A DNA stretch of 64,000 nt, from positions 48,076 to 112,075 of the forward strand of contig NZ_CBDCRS010000005.1 in NCBI RefSeq assembly GCF_965221235.1, written 5' to 3'. The translations under genes were made by a program, and so were the position numbers. This document shows, piece after piece, positions 8,673 through 18,487 of the stretch. The stretch is from Ruegeria sp. (GTDB lineage Bacteria > Pseudomonadota > Alphaproteobacteria > Rhodobacterales > Rhodobacteraceae). Positions within the stretch are counted from its first letter, which is position 1. Each line of letters begins with the position of its first letter. The notes beneath the pieces are model-generated. The model saw nothing but the letters and a program-made list of their open reading frames with translations, was not told the DNA's origin and searched no databases.

Positions 8673-9347
8673 CAGGGTCCTCTGTCGTGTATTAGGTGGT
8701 CCTGTCTGACCTTGACACAGGTTGGGCCGTTTTGGGTAGTGGTCCTGCAAGGAAATATTCTTTCCCGACAGGGAAGCTCTTGTTGGGCGACGGGAGAGCA
8801 GACTCTCAGGACTCAGAATCGTCCTGTCGGCGTTCTGCGTCACAACTGCGCCCTGTCAGGGTCATTTCAAACTGCTCTGGCAAGTATATTGCGTGGACAT
8901 ATTCCCCTGATGTGGCATGTAATACGACAATACCTAACGTGGATGTGACCGAAGAGCCACGGCTGTTGTCAGCTTAAAATTGTGATCTGCAAAGCACTTC
9001 TCTGCCTTAGGCAGGTGTGATTTAACTTTGCTGGTGGGGGCGAAGCATTGGAAAATGGTCTATGACCTGATGTGGAGCGGTAGTTGATTGAGTATAATAC
9101 CTTTAAAACTATTTCGGAGGACTCAAGATCGCAGCCCGGACAAGGGTAGGGTACGCGCAGGAGAGTTGTTCATGTTTCCATTCTCACCACAAATCGTGTG
9201 CCATTTGGACCGTTTACCAAGCGCCGAATAGTTCAAAACTCAAAGTTACGCAGAGGCTGCTCTCTTTTTTAGGCCGATGCATCTAAAATTGGCTAGAATA
9301 CCGATCGCGACAGCGGACATCGCGACCCAAGCATTCAGGACGAAAAT

Positions 9348-11960
9348 ATGATCTCCTACTCACCTCAACCGCCATCATCGTCGCCCGTTAGCGCAATCCA
9401 GGGTGCCTGGGCTTATGGTGACGGTGACCCTGCAACGACCACAACCATCACCTACAGTTTCGCACAACAGCCCGGCACGCAGGCTTGGACAGAAGCCTAC
9501 AGGAGTGATTTTCGCGCCGCTTTGGCTGCCATCGAGTCCGTTGCAAATATCCGCTTTGTCGAGGTGGCAAATCCGTCATCGGCTGATCTGGTGGAATACA
9601 TCGCGCCCAGCTCGTACTTCGGTTCCAACACCACGCTGGGTTATCATTATACCCCTTCCAGCCGCCCGTCCGAGGGGGCGTTCAACACCGACTTCTGGAA
9701 TGCCGGGGCCAATGGTGATCCGGGCGGGTTCTTCTTCACCACGATTCTGCACGAACTGGGACACGCTCTCGGGCTGGGGCATCCGCATGATGACGGTCTG
9801 AATACAACTGTCATGCAGGGCGTGACCAGTCCGTTTAACTCCTTTGGCGTCGGCAATCTGAATCAGGGCGTTTACACCGTGATGTCATATAATGACGGCT
9901 GGACGTCGCGCGATGGCTTCCTTCCGTCGTCGGCGACATTTGGTGGCTCGACCGGCTTGGGCGCTTTGGACATTGCCGCGCTTCAGGCTATGTATGGTGC
10001 AAACACGACGACCAATGGCGGCAACAACACCTATAGTCTCGCGTCTTCAAACGCGCCCGGGGTCGGGTATCAGGCGATCTGGGATACAGGTGGCATCGAC
10101 ACGCTGCGCCATACCGGCAGCCAGAATGCTGTACTTGATTTGCGGCCCGCCACACTGGATTACTCGGTGCGCGGCGGTGGCGGCGTTTCTTATGCCGCAG
10201 GTGTAAAAGGTGGCTATACCATCGCAGCTGGCGTCGTAATCGAGAACGCATCCGGCGGGTCCGGTAACGACACCATCTTTGGAAACGAGGCGGTCAACAC
10301 CCTTCGAGGCAATGATGGCAACGACACAATTAATTCACGTTCAGACGGGTCCAACAATAATACAATCTACGGCGGAAACGGGCATGACACAATCCGGCTG
10401 GCTGGTGGATTCGGCGCAGATACGGTTTATGGTGGCGAGGGCGATGATACTGCCATTATAAGAAATAATTCAGGGTCTTTCTTTGGTGGCAGCGGGTTTG
10501 ACACGGCTTCCTTTATAGGCGCAACAAGCGGCTTCCTGTTTTCAGTTGTTGGCGGAAACTACACTTTCTTCAACGTAGTGGCGCGAATAACCTTTACGGT
10601 AGGTGCAGATGTTGAACGCTTTATGTTTGGGGATGGCGAGGAGCAGTTTGACGCCAACCAGCTTATCGCGGCGACGCGCATCAGAGATATCGAGGTGACA
10701 GGAACTGCGCTGCAACATGCCGCGCAGGGGATTTACTTGCTGGATGGGGCTACATCCAACATTGCTATTGTTCGAAATGGAGCCGCGGTTGGCGAGTCAA
10801 CATATGCGAACTGGAGCGCAATTCAGGCCGAAGCGTCGGGAAGCGACTATCGCATCCTGTGGCTGAATACCAACGGTCAGTATTCCGAGTGGACCGTCAA
10901 CGGCCTAGGAAGGTTTCAAAGCGCCGCCGATATCAACAACGTCGTGGATGTAGAGACGTTCTACAACGCCGATCTCAACAATGATGGCGCGATCGGGCAT
11001 ACGACAACGGCTGTGGAGTCGGATGGTACGACGACGCTTGAAGATTCGACGCACGGTTACTACTTGCTTGGCGGCAGTGTATCACTGTCGCGGAATGGTG
11101 ATGACATCGGGTCCAGCAGCTATACAAATTGGAAGGCCGTTCAAGCTGAGGCTGATGGCGCTGGATACCGGATGCTTTGGGTTAGCACCAACGGCCAGTA
11201 TTCGGAATGGAGTGTCAACAGTCTGGGACAGTTCCAAAGCGCCGCTGTCATTGACAACGTCGTAGATGTCGAGGTGTTTTATGATGCCGACCTCAACAAT
11301 GACGGAACGATCGGGCATACGACAACGACTTTGGAAACGGAAGGCACGACGACTCTGGGATCGTCCACGCACGGCTATTACCTGCTTGGCGGCAGTGTAT
11401 CACTGTCGCGGAATGGCGATGACATCGGGTCCGAAACCTATGCGAATTGGCAGGCCATTCAGGCCGAGGCCGATGGTGGCGGCTACCGGCTGCTGTGGGT
11501 CAACACCAACGGCCAGTATTCGGAATGGACCACCAACGGTCAGGGCCAGTTCCTGAGCAGCACCAATATCGGCAGTGTTGTGGATGTTGAGGCGTTCTAT
11601 AACACCGATCTCAACAATGACGGCGCGATCGGGCATACGACAACGACCATTGAATCCGATGGCACGTCAACTCTGGAGGCGTCCACGCAGGGTCATTACC
11701 TGCTGGGTGGCAGCGTCGTGCTATCGCTGAACGGCAACGATGTCGGGCCGGATAGCTATGCGAACTGGCAGGCCGTTCAGGCCGAAGCTGATGGCGCTAC
11801 CGGCGGCTACCGGGTGCTGTGGGTCAACACCAACGGCAAATACTCGGAATGGACCGTCAACAGTCAGGGCCAGTTTCAGAGCGCGGCCAACATCGACAAT
11901 GTCGTGGATGTTGAGGTGTTTTATGACGCCGATCTCAATAATGACGGCACAACCGGGCAT
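9348..11960 (+). pseudogene. Serralysin-like (M10) RTX metalloprotease with Trp-rich repeats, 5' part truncated by IS21
   Basis: HELGHALGLGHPH zinc motif, TVMSY Met-turn, GGxGxD repeats; frame reads 17 codons into the IS and stops at 12014. Confidence 0.85.
11001..11960 (+). repeat. Three tandem ~106-aa Trp-rich units (318, 318 and 324 bp), plus a degenerate unit upstream and a partial unit at 14667-14900
   Basis: Units start at 11001, 11319, 11637 (ACGACAACG after GGGCAT); consensus NWxAxQAEA..GYRxLWxNTNGxYSEW..DLNNDGxxGH. Confidence 0.9.
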
Positions 11961-12055
11961 TGTACGCCGTCAACCATTTTGTCCGGTAGCGACAACCTCG
12001 TTGTCCGGTTTTAGCCGCAGTTCATGACGTGTTTATGGTCTGGTTTGCTTCTCCT

Positions 12056-12859
12056 TCAGGTTTTGGCTTTTCCGGTGGATTTTTGTTTTGGCCGACGTTG
12101 ATTTTCAGCTGAGCGTCGCCTGTAGCTTTCGAAGTTCATCTCGAGGATCGTGGCGTGATGAACCAACCTGTCGATGGCTGCGACGGTAACAGCTTGGTCG
12201 GGGAAGATTTTGCCCCATGCACTGAATGGCTGGTTGGCAGCGATCGCAAGGCTTCGGTTTTCATAGCGCCGTGCGATAAGTTCGAAGAGAACAGAGCTTT
12301 CGGCGTGGTCTTTCTGGGCATATGTGATGTCGTCCAGAATGACGAGATCGAATTTGTCGAGTTTGGCCAGTGCAGTTTCCAACACGAGATCTCGCCGGGC
12401 AGCCTGAAGTTTCTGTACCAGATCGGTTGTTCGCGTGTAGAGGACGCGATTCCCGGCTTCGATCAGAGCATGTCCTATGGCGCAAAGAATATGCGTCTTG
12501 CCCGCGCCGGAGTTTCCGATGGCGATCAGATTGGCGCCGGTTTCAACCCAGTCGCCTGCTGCGAGCGCCTCGATCCGGGCTTGTGACAGCTCAGGTACGG
12601 CTTTGAACTCGAATGTGGCCAGGGTTTTTCCGCCGGGCAGGCCCGATTGGCCCAGGTGGCGTCGAATGCGGCGTTCCTCGCGCTCAGCCAATTCGATCTC
12701 GGCTAGAGTGGCCAGCAACCTGGCTGCAGGCCAGTTCTCGGTATCGGCCTGTTGCGCGAAGCGCTCCCAGTGGTGCTGGAAGCTGGGCAGACGCAAAGCG
12801 GTGAACAGGGCGGGCAAGGCGTGCACATCGACAGTTTGTGGTTTGGACACCTGTGTCAT
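12056..12859 (-). CDS. istB: IS21 helper ATPase
   Basis: GNSGAGKTH Walker A, LVILDD, IDRLVHHA. Confidence 0.93.
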   Translation of the reverse strand: MTQVSKPQTVDVHALPALFTALRLPSFQHHWERFAQQADTENWPAARLLATLAEIELAEREERRIRRHLGQSGLPGGKTLATFEFKAVPELSQARIEALAAGDWVETGANLIAIGNSGAGKTHILCAIGHALIEAGNRVLYTRTTDLVQKLQAARRDLVLETALAKLDKFDLVILDDITYAQKDHAESSVLFELIARRYENRSLAIAANQPFSAWGKIFPDQAVTVAAIDRLVHHATILEMNFESYRRRSAENQRRPKQKSTGKAKT

Positions 12860-14364
12860 GTGCGCACCTCCAGCAAGCGATCGAAGCTGGACAGATCCGT
12901 CAGTCTGACCTTTCGGTCTTCCGGCAATTCCGTGCGTGACCCAAGGAGTTGTTTCCGCAGGGTTTTGGCATCTGGCAATGCGCCATTTGCAAAGTCCCCG
13001 GCGATCAGCGCGGCCAGGTCTGCCTCGCAGTTCTCGCTATGGGCCAGCCAGAGCAGATCGACCATGCGTTTGCAAGCCTCTTTGCGGGGCAAAACCTCGG
13101 AGAGGCGGTTCCAGGCCTCAGCGTATTCGGACCTGGGGAAGAGATTGTCGCGATAGACGGAATTTGCCAAAGCCTGAGGCTTGCGACGCAGGGCATGGAT
13201 GACATGCCGGTAATTGATGCTATGGATACGTTTACCGTCCTTGCGCCCGCGCATGCGGGGATGGGAGACCACATGCGTGGCCCCGAGATAGGCTTCGATC
13301 CGGTCGTCATAGACGTGAACGCGCAAGCGCTGGCCGATGAACTGCGAGGGCACGGAATAGAACACGCTGTGGACCAGGAAACCTCCGGTCCTGACAACAC
13401 GCACGACAAGTTCGGTGAAGTCGGTGGTGCGCTGCGTGGGCAGCGGCTTGAGGTGTTGCAACTCGACTTTTATCTTGTCCTCACGGCGGCGGTTGCGGCG
13501 GGCGACAACTTCGTCGACAAACCGGCGCCAGGCATCGATGTCGGGAAAGTCCCGCGATCCCCGCAGGATCAGAGCCTGATCCAAAGCCACCTTGAGATGA
13601 TTGTTGTGTGCTTCGATCGCGCCATTCTCATGGGCTTCGCCGGGATTATTGCGGCTCGCGACCATCCCATAGTGCCGACAGAACGCCTCATAACGTTCGG
13701 TGACATCCCTGGTCGCATCCTTGTCGAGATTGCGATACGCGGCCGACAGGCTGTCGGTTCTGCTCTCCTGCGGCACGCCCCCAAGTGTCCAGAGCGCATT
13801 CTGAAGGTTTTCAGCCAGTGCCGTGAAACTCTCCCCGCCCAGAACCGGCGCGGCATGCTCCCAGCCGCTGTAGGCGAGAACAAAGTGGAAAAGCCGATGA
13901 AGCAGCAAATGACCGGCGATTGTCACGCCGAGTTCAGTCGCATCGGTGAAGTCCGACAGTCCCATACGCCCTGGCTCCGGGGACTGGCGAAAGATCACGT
14001 CGCGCTCGGGGCCATGCAGGGCGCGCCACTCCCGAACCCGTCGTTCCAGCGTCCGCCGGACCCGATCATCGGGGAAGCCGTCAGGATCCAGCATCTGCAA
14101 ATGACGGAGCAACGTCACAGCTTGCACGGAAGAATCCCGTTCGAGGAGCGGGATCAGGATAGGCTGCCACACAGCCTCCAAAGGATCAGGGACGGTGCGA
14201 CCACGGACTGGTTTGCGCTGCGAAGGCAGTACCGGGTTTGCTTCAATCCTGCGCCCGGTGCGTTCGCTGAAACCGGCACGGGCTGCGGCAACACGTTGGT
14301 TATGAAAGGGTCGGTCGGACATGTACAATCTCATTTGCTGGTCGGTGACGGGTTTCCCCGGCAT
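12856..14364 (-). CDS. istA: IS21 DDE transposase
   Basis: SDFT, RTDSLSAA, HENGAIE; 4-bp overlap with istB. Confidence 0.93.
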   Translation of the reverse strand: MPGKPVTDQQMRLYMSDRPFHNQRVAAARAGFSERTGRRIEANPVLPSQRKPVRGRTVPDPLEAVWQPILIPLLERDSSVQAVTLLRHLQMLDPDGFPDDRVRRTLERRVREWRALHGPERDVIFRQSPEPGRMGLSDFTDATELGVTIAGHLLLHRLFHFVLAYSGWEHAAPVLGGESFTALAENLQNALWTLGGVPQESRTDSLSAAYRNLDKDATRDVTERYEAFCRHYGMVASRNNPGEAHENGAIEAHNNHLKVALDQALILRGSRDFPDIDAWRRFVDEVVARRNRRREDKIKVELQHLKPLPTQRTTDFTELVVRVVRTGGFLVHSVFYSVPSQFIGQRLRVHVYDDRIEAYLGATHVVSHPRMRGRKDGKRIHSINYRHVIHALRRKPQALANSVYRDNLFPRSEYAEAWNRLSEVLPRKEACKRMVDLLWLAHSENCEADLAALIAGDFANGALPDAKTLRKQLLGSRTELPEDRKVRLTDLSSFDRLLEVRT

Positions 14365-14553
14365 TCGGAACCTCCGTATTCACGTTCAGAGGTCTCCAAC
14401 CTACCGGGCCACAGCGGCCAGCACCTACCCCGTACCCCTCCCAAAAGGGCCGATCCGGTGGCTCAAACCTCCAATCGGGCTCCGCCCTCATTCCGGTTCA
14501 AGCCACCGGCCAACTTGGCTGTCGGTGCCGGTCAACTTGGTTGTCGCTCATCA

Positions 14554-14664
14554 CGGACCAATGCCGTCGCGAGTCCAGTAGTTAAGGAAAACCGACACAG
14601 GGGTGGTCATGGAGTTCATTCTGGCGGCATTGAGAGCTGAAATCAATTACAGATGATAACTCCA
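14554..14664. mobile_element. 111-bp non-protease segment ending in CA, possible end of another IS
   Basis: Lies between the IS21 end and the resumption of the protease repeat; no similarity to the repeat units. Confidence 0.3.
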
Positions 14665-14666
14665 TT

Positions 14667-15176
14667 TCGCTGTCGCTGAACGGCAACGATATCGGACCGG
14701 ACAGCTATTCAAACTGGCAGGCCATCCATGCCGAAGCCGACGGCGGCGGCTACCGGGTGCTGTGGGTCAACACCAACGGCAAATACTCCGAATGGACCGT
14801 CAACAGCCAGGGCGAATACGTCAGCAGCGTACCGGTTCCAGATGTCATAGACGTCGAGAGCTTCTATGGCTACGACATCGACGGCAGCGGGACAGTTGGC
14901 TATGCACAGCCTAAACAGCTCAAGTCTACGGCGCCCGAGGTGGCCGCGCAGGACGTATTGCCTGACCAGTTCGAGTTTAACGCACCGGACCACGATCACG
15001 CCGAAACCGATGCGTATGAAGACTTGGGGCAACTGGCTGAACAGCTTGATGACGCATCGGGGCATTTCTACGCCGCTGTGCAGGACGCGCTGGACGAAAT
15101 TCAGGATGACGACGGTCAAGAGCATGACCGGCTGGACATTGCCAGCTATCTGGAAGACGACGTCTTTTCGCACTGA
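14667..15176 (+). pseudogene. 3' remnant of the metalloprotease gene
   Basis: Reads SLSLNGNDIGPDSYSNWQAIHAEADGGGYRVLWVNTNGKYSEW in frame with ORF 14757-15176; acidic tail. Confidence 0.85.
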
Positions 15177-15198
15177 TCCGCTGGAAACATTGATCAGG

Positions 15199-15238
15199 AG
15201 GCCCCGAACCCGCACGGCTTTGGGGCTTCTTTTGTTTT
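15199..15238 (+). terminator. Intrinsic terminator after the protease gene
   Basis: AGGCCCCGAA...TTTGGGGCTT then CTTTTGTTTT. Confidence 0.65.
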
Positions 15239-15500
15239 GGGTCGCACTGCGTTTCACAGTGTTGATCAGAGTCCGGGCGCGGTGGCGGCAATCCGGATGA
15301 GGTTTGAGCGGGTATTATTCCCCTTGAGTCCTTTTGGATGCCAAGTTACCGACGCTCTGAGCAGGGCATTGCTGAGGTCGGCAAGGCGTCTCTTGAATTC
15401 AGGGCTGGATACCAGCAGTTTTAGGCAAGTTTTGAGGGTCTGAGGCCGAAAGGTGAGATGGATCCGGGAAAATAGTAGTAGAATTGAGGCCGATGAAATC

Positions 15501-16409
15501 ATGAAAAATCGCAAAGGCATTATTCTGGCCGGTGGGTCGGGAACGCGGCTTTATCCCATAACGATTGGCGTCTCGAAACAGCTACTGCCGATCTATGACA
15601 AGCCGATGATCTACTATCCGATCAGCGTGTTGATGCTGGCCGGCATTCGGGAAATCGCGATCATTACAACGCCGCACGATCAGGCGCAGTTCAAACGGGT
15701 TCTGGGCGACGGTGCCGACTGGGGCCTGTCTTTCACCTATATCGAACAACCCAGTCCCGATGGGCTGGCGCAGGCCTATCTGCTGGCTGAGGAGTTTCTA
15801 GACGGCGCGCCTTCGGCATTGGTACTGGGTGACAACCTGTTTTTCGGGCACGGCCTGCCGGACCTGCTGGTTGCGGCCGACGCACAAGAACAGGGCGGCA
15901 CGGTGTTTGGTTACAGGGTCGGCGACCCGCAGCGATATGGCGTTGTGGGATACGATGCCAACGGTCGCGTGACCGAAATCATCGAAAAGCCCGAGGTTCC
16001 GCCGTCTAACTATGCCGTCACGGGGCTGTATTTCATGGACGGCACTGCGCCCGACCGGGCGCGCAAGGTTCAGCCCTCTGCCCGGGGCGAGCTGGAAATC
16101 GCCGATGTCCTGCAAAGTTATCTTGACGACGGCACGCTGGACGTTCAGCAGATGGGCCGCGGGTTCGCATGGCTGGATACCGGCACCCATGGCAGTTTGC
16201 TGGATGCGGGAAACTTTGTACGCACCCTGTCCGAACGGCAGGGCCAGCAGGTTGGCAGCCCCGAAGAGATTGCATTCAGCAAGGGCTGGATCACCGCATC
16301 ACAGCTCAAAGAGCTTGCTACAAAGCTGAAGGGAAATTCTTATGCGAAATATCTTTTTGAGATCTCTGGGGTTGCGATACAGATTGACCCCACTGACGGA
16401 GCAAGGTGA
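15501..16409 (+). CDS. rfbA: Glucose-1-phosphate thymidylyltransferase
   Basis: GIILAGGSGTRL, KQLLPIYDKPMIYYP, LGDN, AWLDTGT; likely start MKNRKG at 15501. Confidence 0.93.
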   Translation: MKNRKGIILAGGSGTRLYPITIGVSKQLLPIYDKPMIYYPISVLMLAGIREIAIITTPHDQAQFKRVLGDGADWGLSFTYIEQPSPDGLAQAYLLAEEFLDGAPSALVLGDNLFFGHGLPDLLVAADAQEQGGTVFGYRVGDPQRYGVVGYDANGRVTEIIEKPEVPPSNYAVTGLYFMDGTAPDRARKVQPSARGELEIADVLQSYLDDGTLDVQQMGRGFAWLDTGTHGSLLDAGNFVRTLSERQGQQVGSPEEIAFSKGWITASQLKELATKLKGNSYAKYLFEISGVAIQIDPTDGAR

Positions 16410-16515
16410 ACGCGCTGTTTTGCACATGATCAAGTGGGGCTGTCTCTGTACTAGGCAAATTGGCTAAACCACCAGAGAATCTGTTTTATTGATACATGAA
16501 ATGGCTTTCAGAGTA

Positions 16516-17342
16516 TCAAGATTCCAACCGTTCAATTGAGTCACTATTTCCGGGGTAGTTGGCAGAATACTGTTTCCGCAACGCATCAGCTGCCTCATTA
16601 CCGATATAGAAAGAAAGCGCATCTACTTTCGGTAGATTTTTACTCATCGCTATGAGTTGTCTTTTGCGGCTTGACCTTCGGGCGTGTCAGGCAGGCCGCG
16701 ATAGCTATTCGATAGCCAGGGGTGGACACCGGCTCCAACGCGTTTTGCGACGGTCGGCGCGTTGCTTTCGTATCCCAGGGCATAGCAAAAATCGGCAGCA
16801 GCATTCGTCGAGTATTGGCGAACACGAATCTTCTCGGGTCCGACAATTGATGCCCAAAGGTCCAAAATTCGAGAGAATTCGCCAAAACTTGGAATGGCAT
16901 TCTCCAAGAAATCTTTGAACGCTTCTTTGGTTCGACCATTGAGAACGCCGTGATGATAGCGTGAGACGGCTTGATCTAAAGGATCTCGAACATAGGCGAT
17001 CACACGCAGATCGTATCCTTTGAACCACTCACACAACTCTTCGACTTGCGGGCGCGGCATCAGCGAGAAATCTTCGCTGGAAACCACGAAGTCTCTGCCG
17101 TTCGAATTCGTCAATTTTTTGCGGAAATAGTCGCGGACGAGTATTGGGTCGTAATCCTTGTTTCTCCATCCAGCGCGTTCTCCGAGGAAGCACCAAGCTG
17201 CTTCACCGTGAGAGTCATACCCACACAACGGCATCGGGTAATCCAGACCTTCTTCGAGTAGTTCGCTACGCGAGTTTAGCAAAAAGGACTGAATTGCCGA
17301 ACTTCCGGTCTTATGAAACCCGATGTGTAACCAAACGCGCAT
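16516..17342 (-). CDS. Sulfotransferase-like P-loop protein, probably frameshifted near the 3' end
   Basis: HIGFHKTGSSAIQ and YVRDP motifs; annotated frame stops at 16650 while the adjacent frame stays open to 16516. Confidence 0.55.
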
Positions 17343-17492
17343 TAGTGAACCTCCGCATTGCACTGGGCTTCCGGAAAACTCAGATTGGCCAAACTGGTTA
17401 GAGAAAACCGGGTTGTTGTTTTTATTTCTTGAGCCATTGCTTTGATTTACCTGTTCGTTTGGCTTGTTTGAAACACACAGCCGTTCTGAAGC

Positions 17493-18359
17493 CTACGTTT
17501 TTTGTGCTAACGCAGAAAGACCTTTTGAGAGAGTAAAGTAGAGACTACCCACTGCAGCTTCAGGGTTGGTAAGAAAAACCGTCTCTTTCTCGGGTGCGGG
17601 ATGATCTGGTTTGGCCAATGCAAAAGAAATATACCTTTGCGGCGAAAGGCCATTCATAAAGACGACTTTAAGGCCGAGCTCACGTGCAAGCCAAGTGATG
17701 TTTGACTCGCTGTGAAAAAATCGATGAGCAGGGAAGACATACTCTGGGTTGAGCATAGGGCCCTGGCATATCAATATACCATCCGGAGCGAGGTGTTGAG
17801 TGATCTCCCAGAGGATATCCATTGGCCTCTCAAAATGCTCGATGACGTGCCAAAGAAAAACGGTATCCACGGATCCTTGCTGGTCTTTGCGCTGCGCAAG
17901 GAAATTGCTAGCTGAAGTGGTCATCAGGCGATTGCCAGGGAGGTTATAGGCGGTCCGGGCTTTTGTGCTCAATTCTGTCGATGGCTCGCACCCGAACGCA
18001 TCATAACCTTTTCGGAGCAGCGCGGCCAATAAGTTGCCCCGACCTGAGCCTATGTCGTAGACTGTCCCTCCCGCTGTTGGATCCTTAAGGACGTCTTTGT
18101 AAAAATCGATGACTGCTTCCATCCCCTCTACGAGTTCAAATAGAGAGCCCTGAGTTTCTTCTTTCCAGAGGCATTCATGGAATTCCGTTTGACGAACAAC
18201 TTCGTCTTCCACGTACTCATCATATTCTGGGCATAGTGCTGCGCAGTTTCTACAGTGAAAAATCCGAACGGGAGCGCCTGCTGCGTCAGGAGCTCTTAGT
18301 ATTGGGACAATGTCTTTGGAGGAGCAACAGTTGCATACCTGCAGTTTACTTTCGAACAT
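17493..18359 (-). CDS. Class I SAM-dependent methyltransferase
   Basis: YDIGSGRG motif I, N-terminal CxxC/HCxxC, LWHVIEH. Confidence 0.8.
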   Translation of the reverse strand: MFESKLQVCNCCSSKDIVPILRAPDAAGAPVRIFHCRNCAALCPEYDEYVEDEVVRQTEFHECLWKEETQGSLFELVEGMEAVIDFYKDVLKDPTAGGTVYDIGSGRGNLLAALLRKGYDAFGCEPSTELSTKARTAYNLPGNRLMTTSASNFLAQRKDQQGSVDTVFLWHVIEHFERPMDILWEITQHLAPDGILICQGPMLNPEYVFPAHRFFHSESNITWLARELGLKVVFMNGLSPQRYISFALAKPDHPAPEKETVFLTNPEAAVGSLYFTLSKGLSALAQKT

Positions 18360-18487
18360 TCTTGATTTCTTTCGGTCAGGTACTCAGCTTAGAGTGAAGG
18401 GATTTCTTTGAGTTACCAGGACAGTGGGCCCTTTTACCCCGGTGAGGCACAATCGCATATCAACTGTGAAGCCCCGGAAGCAAATAT

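Larger units (their letters stand above)
11961..14553 (-). mobile_element. IS21 family element, copy 1 (2593 bp), no target duplication
   Basis: TG...CA ends (TGATGAGCGACAACC / TGTACGCCGTCAACC), istA-istB; same length as copy 2; flanks GGGCAT and CGGACC differ. Confidence 0.92.

Noticed and set aside
11001-11960. Tandem repeats as a possible CRISPR or non-coding array
   Set aside because: 318-bp in-frame coding units with third-position variation; no spacers or cas genes
12949-14640. 563/566-aa ORFs antisense to istA in both IS21 copies
   Set aside because: Present twice only because the IS is duplicated; ends differ with flanking DNA
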